Shown: piece by piece, positions 57,264-64,000 of the stretch
Layout of the letters: every line of letters starts with the position of its first letter
How positions within the stretch are numbered: position 1 is the first letter of the stretch
From: Chlamydiia bacterium
GTDB lineage: Bacteria > Chlamydiota > Chlamydiia > Chlamydiales > 2-12-FULL-49-11
Assembly (NCBI GenBank): GCA_044359535.1
Contig: JBIKLZ010000001.1
Location: 1-64,000 of the forward strand
Reading direction: 5' to 3'
DNA length: 64,000 nucleotides
The notes under the pieces: model-generated
Database searches by the model: none
Seen by the model: only the letters and a program-made list of their open reading frames with translations
Told to the model about the DNA's origin: nothing
Position numbers and translations under genes: made by a program

Positions 57264-57544
57264 TGTCTCCTCCACGTCATAGAAATCCAACTATCAGAGG
57301 AGTGTTTTGGCTCTTTTCCCACTGTCGATGAGGCGTTATTTTCCTTTATTGTAAGAAAAGACTCAGAGGTAGATCTCTTCCAAAGGGTGCTGTTTGTCCC
57401 AATGTGATCAATTGAAAATTGCTCTTTGTCTTTAAAGGGTTTTTCTTGATTGTTTTTGACATAAGGTTTGATCCATATAATAGAGATGGCTATTAAAAAG
57501 ATGCAAAAACTATTCCAAAGAAAAGGGGTGTATTTACCAAGCAT
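57260..57544 (-). CDS. Small N-terminally anchored protein between kdsA and lptB (CT654/LptC position)
   Basis: Probable start MLGKYT at 57544 overlapping the kdsA stop; one TM segment; coupled to lptB. Confidence 0.55.
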   Translation of the reverse strand: MLGKYTPFLWNSFCIFLIAISIIWIKPYVKNNQEKPFKDKEQFSIDHIGTNSTLWKRSTSESFLTIKENNASSTVGKEPKHSSDSWISMTWRRQ

Positions 57545-58373
57545 TGATCGGTTCATTTTGTTGTAAAAAGGATCTAAGTGCAGCAAGTTTTTTCACAAGT
57601 GGAGGGACTTTTTCTAGCTCCATCTGTGTGTTTTTATCAGACTTTGCTTGAGGGGGATTTTTATGGGTCTCAAGAAAAATACAATCACAACCAGAGGCCA
57701 CAGCTGAAAGGGCTAAAGGCTCCATAAAAGCCTTTTCTCCTCCAGATTCTTTCCCTTGCCCTGGAAGTTGTGCCGAGTGGGTGACATCATAGCATGTTGC
57801 TGCGCAGTAACGGCTCATTATTGGAAATGCCCTAAAATCATTGACCAAATTATTGTAACCAAAGCAACTCCCTCTTTCAGTAAAGAGAATTTTTTTATTC
57901 CCTGTGGAAAGAAGTTTATTGGAAACGTGCTCCATATCTCTTGGGGCCATAAATTGCCCCTTTTTTACATGTACTGGAAGTAAAGTCTTCCCTGCCGAAA
58001 GAATGAGATCGGTTTGACGGGCTAAAAATGCCGGTATTTGGATGATGTCGACAACTTGAGCAACCATTGCCGCTTCCGATGGAAGGTGAATATCGGTTGT
58101 GACAGCTACATCAAACTCTTTTTTAATTTTTGAAAGATAGGTTAACCCTTTTTCTATCCCCACCCCTCGGAAGGATTCAACGCTTGATCGGTTAGCCTTA
58201 TCAAAGCTTGCTTTAAAAATAAATGGAACAGAAAGATGCTCTTTAAGATAGCCGCAGACCTCTTGTATTTGTTCATACGATTCAATCACACATGGCCCAA
58301 GGATAAAACCCAAGGGTTGATTTTTTCCATAAAGGGTGCCCTTTATAGAAAGGGGCTCAAATAGTTCAGTCAT
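57534..58373 (-). CDS. kdsA: KDO-8-phosphate synthase
   Basis: GPCVIES, KASFDKANRSS, QIPAFLARQTDL, KKGQF, ERG...GYNNLV; start MTELF after AGGAG. Confidence 0.97.
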   Translation of the reverse strand: MTELFEPLSIKGTLYGKNQPLGFILGPCVIESYEQIQEVCGYLKEHLSVPFIFKASFDKANRSSVESFRGVGIEKGLTYLSKIKKEFDVAVTTDIHLPSEAAMVAQVVDIIQIPAFLARQTDLILSAGKTLLPVHVKKGQFMAPRDMEHVSNKLLSTGNKKILFTERGSCFGYNNLVNDFRAFPIMSRYCAATCYDVTHSAQLPGQGKESGGEKAFMEPLALSAVASGCDCIFLETHKNPPQAKSDKNTQMELEKVPPLVKKLAALRSFLQQNEPINAW

Positions 58374-58563
58374 CTGACTCCTTTTTGTAAACATCATCCA
58401 CAGTATAGAGCCCTTTTTCTTTTTTATAAAGGGAGAAAAGGAGCCTTAAGACCCCTTCAGAAAACAGAGATAAAGATGCTTCATTCTTTGGCAGGGGGCT
58501 TTTTTTTGAATTGTTCTTACCGATGTTTCTAATCATATTTTGCACTATACGGAAAATCTTCAT
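58366..58563 (-). CDS. Small hypothetical protein upstream of kdsA
   Basis: 65 aa ORF overlapping the kdsA start; no motif. Confidence 0.4.
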   Translation of the reverse strand: MKIFRIVQNMIRNIGKNNSKKSPLPKNEASLSLFSEGVLRLLFSLYKKEKGLYTVDDVYKKESDD

Positions 58564-58641
58564 TTGTGGTATAGTCGTTGCATGAATAAGATTATCCTTG
58601 ATTTGATAAGAAAATCAAGTTATTCTTAACTAATGTGCATT

Positions 58642-58714
58642 GGACCGATAGCTCAGTGGATAGAGCACCCGCCTTCTAAGCGGGTGGTCGCAGGTTCGAA
58701 TCCTGCTCGGTCCG
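58642..58714 (+). tRNA. tRNA-Arg(TCT)
   Basis: GGACCGATAGCTCAGTGGATAGAGCA-CCCGC-CTTCTAA-GCGGG-TGGTCGCAGGTTCGAATCCTGCTCGGTCCG cloverleaf. Confidence 0.97.
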
Positions 58715-58736
58715 AATTTGTGTTAGGGGGGAAGTT

Positions 58737-61280
58737 TTGAACAAGGATAAACAGTCCTATATTTCTTATGAGGGTACGTGGTTAGGCGATGTGGTTTTCA
58801 CCCCTCAGTTATTCAAAAAATCGATGTATACTGCTTTAAACGAGCCCTCTTTAAAGGAAAAGAATTCTTTTGACCAACATCATTTTATTGGAAACCTTTT
58901 ATTAGAAGAAATAAAGGCCATTAAAGAAGGGGTTTTTATCCTCCCTGCAATCATTGATTTTATTGGGGCAGTCCGAAAAAGTCTCATCCCTTCGTATACA
59001 TTTGCAAGCTTTGAAATCTTTTTATCTAATTATGCTCGGTTAGATTTAAAAGAAGATTTACTCATTCGTGGAAAAATTGTGGGAAGGTATATCCCCCGTG
59101 TAGAGTATCAGCCATTTTTTCCAATAGGAACGGGGAAAATTTTTAATGGGTCTCATTTTACGGTGGCCCACTTTTCTCCAGACATGGATACTGTGATTGC
59201 TTCTTTCCATGGGTTTTTAGATGCTTTTGCGGCAAAAGTTGGCAAAGGGGTGCACTATTGGCAAGTTCCAGGGGGGCCTCCTTCTGGAAGTATTGAAATT
59301 GAAAATCTATTTTGTAAACCCCTTGGGAGCGATATCTTTGATGTCCTTGTAAAAAAATCAAGGGAGCTTTCCTTAACCTCGTTAGATTTAATCTCTCAAG
59401 AACATAAAATCATGAAAACCCTTTTTGAGTCCTCTATCGGTGTCAATCATGATAGAACAACAAATTCGGTCATTGTGGTTAATGAAAAAGGGGAGTACAT
59501 TGCTGATTGGAGGGCCACAGATTATGATGAAGTCCGAATGGTCATCAATCATTTTCAATTGACCCTCAAAAGTTTTGAAAAAGCCCTCACGATGGGGATT
59601 ATTACATTTCTTTTGCACCAAGGGGATTTAAAACAAGAGGTTCAAAGACTTCTAAAAAAATCCATTTTAGAATTTTTTCATTCGGGGTTAGATGAAAGCC
59701 GCTGTCGAGAGAAGCTTTCCCTATTTATCATTGAAGTGCTTGGTTATAAAAAAGGGCTTGAGTTAACTATGAAAGAATTTTTTAGTTCAACAAAGGAACT
59801 AAAAAAAATTTATAGTGAATTGGAAAAATTAGATTCGAATAACGGAATCGAAAAAACATTAGAGATGTTCCACCAAGAGCTTTTACACTATTTTTCCTAT
59901 CTAGATTCTTTGGAAATCGCTATTGCGGTGAAGAGAAAAGTGTTATTGCTCCAACCGATTACTGTCTCTCATTTAGATGACTATCAAACAATTGTGACAA
60001 AAATGGAAGGGCATAGCCATTTGACAGTCATTCATCAAGATAAACAGGGGGCAATCCCCCTTGGGGTAATTCATTCAAAAGATCTTAAAGGAAGCTGTCT
60101 AGCTACTGTCAGTATGCGTGATTTTTCAAATAGCGACGAAATGGACAAGCCTCCATTTATGGATATTATATCGTGTATAGATCATCATAAAAGTGATTTT
60201 AAAACAAACGTCCCATCCACTGTCTTAGTTTCTGATGCCCAAAGTACAAATTCGACAATTGCAAAGATGCATATGAGAATTAACGATCGGTATTCTTCTA
60301 GTGGTTATTCCCTCGAAGAAATTGAAGGGCAAATTCGTGAGATTTCTTCAAACATTAAAGAGGGCAGTAGTATTCGTATTTTAAAGCGCCTTCTTTCTAA
60401 AAAGGAGGTGATTTCCAAAGGGTCAAGGTATTTTATTGCAAAAGAAAAGGAGTATCTTGATTATACCCACTTTCTATTTGCAATACTTGATGATACAGAC
60501 CTTTTAACAAAAGTCACTGCAGTAGATGTGTATGTGGTTGCTGCACTTGTTAATAGAATGAAATCAATGATGTTAAGAAAAGAGGTTGAGATTGTCTGTT
60601 TTGATGATCTTGACAAAGATTCTCCTGAATTTGCAGATAAAGCTGCAAAAAAGCTGTTACAATCCCATGACTTGTACTCTTTATATAGTGATAATTATGC
60701 TAAAAAGGAAAAACAAGTGGAGGAGACCCTCAAAAAGGCGACAGCCGAGCATGAAGAGCTCTTTTTTCAAGATACAAAAATTATTGGAAAGTATGGTGAG
60801 GTAGGACAATATAAAATGTTTTCAAGTAACCATGCAACGTACCATAAAAAGAAAAAGGAGATCCAAAAGCATTGGCTGCAAAGATGTGCAGAACATGCAA
60901 AGGATCAACCTTCCTTATCGATCTTCATTTTTATGATTTCGACAATTGATTCAGCAGAGGATTTATTTTCAGGGGCAAAAGGGGGTGGGAGTAAACTTAA
61001 AGATGAAATTTGGGTCACCTGCATAGAAGGGAATAGGGAATCCTATGAAAAGGCCGTTCGGTTTACAAAAAATGTCCTCCAATCTCCAAAAGTTTATCCT
61101 CAAGAGGTCATAGTTGCCTTATATGGGGAATTTTGTGATGGGGAAACGGTGATGAAAAAAATTTCTAGTCGTATCGAAGTTAAAATGGCGGGTTTTTCAA
61201 AAGAAACTCTTTTAGAGCTTTATGTAGACCTTAAATCGTTAAAATCACGCAAGACAGATGTGGCTCCCTATATTAAATAG
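58737..61280 (+). CDS. DHH-family phosphoesterase, divergent family II (Mn-dependent) pyrophosphatase-like protein with a large insertion
   Basis: AHFSPDMDTVIAS, IDHHK, AQSTNSTIA, ILDDTDLL, QDTK...GQ appear in PpaC motif order. Confidence 0.65.
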   Translation: MNKDKQSYISYEGTWLGDVVFTPQLFKKSMYTALNEPSLKEKNSFDQHHFIGNLLLEEIKAIKEGVFILPAIIDFIGAVRKSLIPSYTFASFEIFLSNYARLDLKEDLLIRGKIVGRYIPRVEYQPFFPIGTGKIFNGSHFTVAHFSPDMDTVIASFHGFLDAFAAKVGKGVHYWQVPGGPPSGSIEIENLFCKPLGSDIFDVLVKKSRELSLTSLDLISQEHKIMKTLFESSIGVNHDRTTNSVIVVNEKGEYIADWRATDYDEVRMVINHFQLTLKSFEKALTMGIITFLLHQGDLKQEVQRLLKKSILEFFHSGLDESRCREKLSLFIIEVLGYKKGLELTMKEFFSSTKELKKIYSELEKLDSNNGIEKTLEMFHQELLHYFSYLDSLEIAIAVKRKVLLLQPITVSHLDDYQTIVTKMEGHSHLTVIHQDKQGAIPLGVIHSKDLKGSCLATVSMRDFSNSDEMDKPPFMDIISCIDHHKSDFKTNVPSTVLVSDAQSTNSTIAKMHMRINDRYSSSGYSLEEIEGQIREISSNIKEGSSIRILKRLLSKKEVISKGSRYFIAKEKEYLDYTHFLFAILDDTDLLTKVTAVDVYVVAALVNRMKSMMLRKEVEIVCFDDLDKDSPEFADKAAKKLLQSHDLYSLYSDNYAKKEKQVEETLKKATAEHEELFFQDTKIIGKYGEVGQYKMFSSNHATYHKKKKEIQKHWLQRCAEHAKDQPSLSIFIFMISTIDSAEDLFSGAKGGGSKLKDEIWVTCIEGNRESYEKAVRFTKNVLQSPKVYPQEVIVALYGEFCDGETVMKKISSRIEVKMAGFSKETLLELYVDLKSLKSRKTDVAPYIK

Positions 61281-61301
61281 AGCCTTTTTTCAAGAGGGTT
61301 C

Positions 61302-61342
61302 ATAAAAAAAGGTGTTATACTTTGTATAACACCTTTTTTTAT
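61302..61342. terminator. Bidirectional intrinsic terminator
   Basis: Perfect 19-bp inverted repeat ATAAAAAAAGGTGTTATAC-TTT-GTATAACACCTTTTTTTAT between convergent genes. Confidence 0.9.
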
Positions 61343-61363
61343 CTTAATTTTATAGGGCTAAAA

Positions 61364-61642
61364 TTAGTTGTGATGAGAAATTTCTTCAGAGGTCTCTTCT
61401 TTATCAGAGGAATCTTCTAAAATTTCTAAGTTAACTCTTAATCCATTGCGACTTGCAACAGACATTAATAAAGTGCGGATGGCGTTGATAGTTTTGCCGC
61501 GCTTTCCAATAATTTTTCCGATATCACTTTTTTCTACGCTAAGTTCAATAATCAGTGTCTGAGTCCCTCCAACTTCCTTGATACTTACTTTATCAGGATT
61601 GTCTACGAGGTTTTTTACGATATAAGCTACAAATTCTTTCAT
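61364..61642 (-). CDS. khpA: KH-domain RNA-binding protein KhpA (CT659-like)
   Basis: IVKNLVDNPD, DIGKIIGKRGKTINAIRTLL. Confidence 0.93.
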   Translation of the reverse strand: MKEFVAYIVKNLVDNPDKVSIKEVGGTQTLIIELSVEKSDIGKIIGKRGKTINAIRTLLMSVASRNGLRVNLEILEDSSDKEETSEEISHHN

Positions 61643-61699
61643 TGTTCGATCCTTGGTTAACAGATTACAAATACTAGCAAATTTTTTCTTTTTTGTAAA

Positions 61700-62605
61700 C
61701 TAAGAACGTGTATGGTGGCTCCAAAAGTCAGAAAAATCTTGTGGAGGGGGTGTAGAAATAAAGATTTCTTTATCTAAAAAGGGATGGATAAAGGTAAGGG
61801 TGTGTGCATGAAGGAGGTGTCTTTTAAAGAGGGGCTTTTTAGGACCATAAAACTCATCTCCAACAAGGGGACATTGTTGATATTTAGCATGCACCCTAAT
61901 TTGATGGGTTCTGCCTGTAAAAGGTTTAGCTTCAACAAAGCAAAGTCCGTTATGCTTTTCTAAAAGTCTAAACTCAGTAAGGGCCTCTTTACCATCTTGT
62001 ACCGGAGCCATCAGCTTGCGATTTGTTGGGTGTCTCCCAATAGGGATATCTACAAAAGGTTGCTCTAGATAGCCATGACAAATAGCAAGGTAGCTTTTTT
62101 GGACCTTTCTTTCTGCAAACATCTTTTGTAATGCGAGAAGGGCCCTTCTTGTTTTTGCCCCAAGGAGGATGCCGGTTGTGTCTTTATCCAATCTATGAAC
62201 AATTCCAGGACGCAATGGATCCTCACTTTCTGGAAGAGTTTTTAAGTAGTAAAGTAATGCTCCCGCAAAAGTGTTGGAGAGACTTCCAGGAGCTGGATGG
62301 GTCACCATCCCTGCAGGTTTGTTTACTGCGATGATATCCTCATCTTCGAAAAGAATCTCTAAAGGGATATTTTCTGGAAAAAGATGGACATCAGGAAGGG
62401 TTTTGAAAGTCACTAAGATTTCATCCCCTTCCTTACACATAAAACTTTTTTTAATAGTTTTGGAATTTCTTGAAATCATCCCTTCTTCAAAAAGATAGTG
62501 GATATAACTTCTTGAACACGTTTCAAAGCGCTCTGTAAGTAAGGTGTCTAATCGGAGCGTTTCTTCATCCTTAGTTACAACAATGGTTTTACTCTGTAAC
62601 TTCAT
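61700..62605 (-). CDS. rluD: RluA/RluD family pseudouridine synthase
   Basis: S4 domain (RLD...SRS), VNKPAGMVTHP, GIVHRLDKDTTG, TGRTHQIRVH; the start may be 62605 or 62626. Confidence 0.93.
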   Translation of the reverse strand: MKLQSKTIVVTKDEETLRLDTLLTERFETCSRSYIHYLFEEGMISRNSKTIKKSFMCKEGDEILVTFKTLPDVHLFPENIPLEILFEDEDIIAVNKPAGMVTHPAPGSLSNTFAGALLYYLKTLPESEDPLRPGIVHRLDKDTTGILLGAKTRRALLALQKMFAERKVQKSYLAICHGYLEQPFVDIPIGRHPTNRKLMAPVQDGKEALTEFRLLEKHNGLCFVEAKPFTGRTHQIRVHAKYQQCPLVGDEFYGPKKPLFKRHLLHAHTLTFIHPFLDKEIFISTPPPQDFSDFWSHHTRS

Positions 62606-62888
62606 CGGGATCTTCACCTTTTTCAACAGCAGCTAGTTTTCTTCTGGCAAGATCTGCTTTTTGTTCATCATCTTTCATAGAATTGGTGATACTTTGACAA
62701 AGATTATTTATAAACTCTTTGTATTGTTTTGGACCGAGCCAATTTTTGAAGGCATCCATCCCACTTCCATCATCCCCTGTAGGGAGTTTAAAGATACTTC
62801 CCGCAGTAGGGGCGTCTTTGTTCCAAGCAGACTCCCAAGAGCTTGAGCCTATTGCATTTGCGTCATTGTTTGAATCAATATCTGTCAT
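62589..62888 (-). CDS. Hypothetical protein, 99 aa (CT657 position)
   Basis: ORF overlapping the rluD start; disordered N-terminus and helical C-terminus. Confidence 0.65.
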   Translation of the reverse strand: MTDIDSNNDANAIGSSSWESAWNKDAPTAGSIFKLPTGDDGSGMDAFKNWLGPKQYKEFINNLCQSITNSMKDDEQKADLARRKLAAVEKGEDPDEVTE

Positions 62889-62965
62889 AATTGGAGTATA
62901 TCTGAATTAAGGAATTTGAGCAACTCTTGATAACTTAACTTTAATAAGATCTATTGTAAAAAAAA

Positions 62966-64000
62966 TTAAAATTCAGCGTGCTTTGGATATCGTGGGAAAG
63001 CTGAAACATCTCGGATGTTTTCCATTCCAGTGATATATTGGACAAGTCTTTCAAATCCAAGACCAAAACCTGCATGAGGGACTGTTCCATATCTTCTTAA
63101 ATCGACATACCAATCATAAACATCTCTATCTAATTGATTTTGGTCTAGCTTTTGAAGTAAGATATCAAGACGCTCTTCTCGTTGAGAGCCTCCAATAAGC
63201 TCTCCAATGCCTGGAACAAGAAGGTCCATAGCTGCAACAGTTTTCCCATCGTCATTTGCTCTCATATAAAAAGATTTAATTTCCTTTGGGTAGTTGTACA
63301 AAATTAAGGGCCCTTTAAAATGTTGCTCGCATAAAAAGCGTTCATGCTCTGACTGTAAATCTGTTCCCCACTTGACTTCATACTCAAAGTGTTTTCCACT
63401 TTTTCTTAAAATTTCAATGGCATCTGTGTAACTTAGTCTTGTGCAGGGGACAGAAATAACTGACTCTAGCCTTTCTAATAACTGTGTATCGATAAATGAG
63501 TTGAAAAAAGAAAGATCAGAAGAGCAGTGGTCTAAAGCGTGCTTTACAAGATATTTGAGGTATTTTTCTGCTAGGTCCATATTATCTTTTAAATCAGCAA
63601 AGGCAATTTCGGGTTCAATCATCCAAAATTCTGCTAAATGTCTAGATGTGTTAGAATTTTCCGCTCGAAATGTGGGACCAAAGGTATAAATATCCTTCAA
63701 TGCTGTAGCATACGCCTCGCCATTAAGTTGACCAGAGACCGTTAGAAAGGCTTCTTTTTCGAAAAAATCTTTTGAAAAATCTACTTTTCCCTCTGTATCT
63801 TTTGGGAGGGCATTCTTATTTAGGGTCGAAACAGAAAACATTTCCCCCGCACCTTCACAATCTGAGGATGTGATGATTGGGGTTTGAACATAGACAAAGT
63901 CATTTTCTTGAAAAAATTTATGGGTAGCATAAGCCATTTGACTTCTTACGCGAGCGACAGCTCCAAAGGTGTTTGTTCGAGGACGTAAGTGGGCAATAGT
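62966..64000 (-). CDS. asnS: Asparagine--tRNA ligase, 5' end outside the window
   Basis: Frame is open to the window edge ([12 protein letters not shown]); [43 protein letters not shown]. Confidence 0.98.
   Translation of the reverse strand, partial: TIAHLRPRTNTFGAVARVRSQMAYATHKFFQENDFVYVQTPIITSSDCEGAGEMFSVSTLNKNALPKDTEGKVDFSKDFFEKEAFLTVSGQLNGEAYATALKDIYTFGPTFRAENSNTSRHLAEFWMIEPEIAFADLKDNMDLAEKYLKYLVKHALDHCSSDLSFFNSFIDTQLLERLESVISVPCTRLSYTDAIEILRKSGKHFEYEVKWGTDLQSEHERFLCEQHFKGPLILYNYPKEIKSFYMRANDDGKTVAAMDLLVPGIGELIGGSQREERLDILLQKLDQNQLDRDVYDWYVDLRRYGTVPHAGFGLGFERLVQYITGMENIRDVSAFPRYPKHAEF

Noticed and set aside
58597-58619. Inverted repeat CTTGATTT...AAATCAAG upstream of tRNA-Arg as an operator
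   Set aside because: It can be explained by back-to-back TTGATT -35 elements of divergent promoters, and I found no second copy.
58642-58714. tRNA genes as island integration sites (also 48441..48512)
   Set aside because: I saw no duplicated tRNA 3' ends and no neighbouring integrase.

Overview
This 64 kb, AT-rich window comes from an environmental member of the phylum Chlamydiae, judged from gene content and order (tsaB-lon-rnz, xerC-rnpB-CT398/cdsZ, glyA-clpP1, clpX-clpP2-tig-tRNA-Gly-SNF2-mreB-pckG, lptB-kdsA-tRNA-Arg, khpA-rluD-asnS). The centre (22.4-45.1 kb) is a roughly 23 kb type III secretion region. The minus strand carries the chlamydial cdsC-pkn5-cdsQ-cdsP-cdsO-cdsN-CT668-cdsG-cdsF-cdsE-cdsD-scc4 cluster. 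Facing away from it on the plus strand is a seven-gene cluster ending in CopB-like and CopD-like translocators. That cluster has no LcrH-type TPR chaperone, and it includes a candidate LcrV-like tip protein and two paralogous Asp-box proteins that share an N-terminal motif with the translocators. Other oddities are a secretin with about 10 periplasmic repeat domains, tandem long and short SctP genes, an apparently intact Pkn5 kinase fused to a degenerate PP2C domain, three repeat-containing membrane-anchored candidate effectors (one with a 2OG-Fe(II) oxygenase motif), a C-terminally truncated pckG and a divergent family II PPase-like protein. I found no CRISPR array, IS element or prophage. 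All calls rest on motif recognition and synteny by eye; no searches were run.
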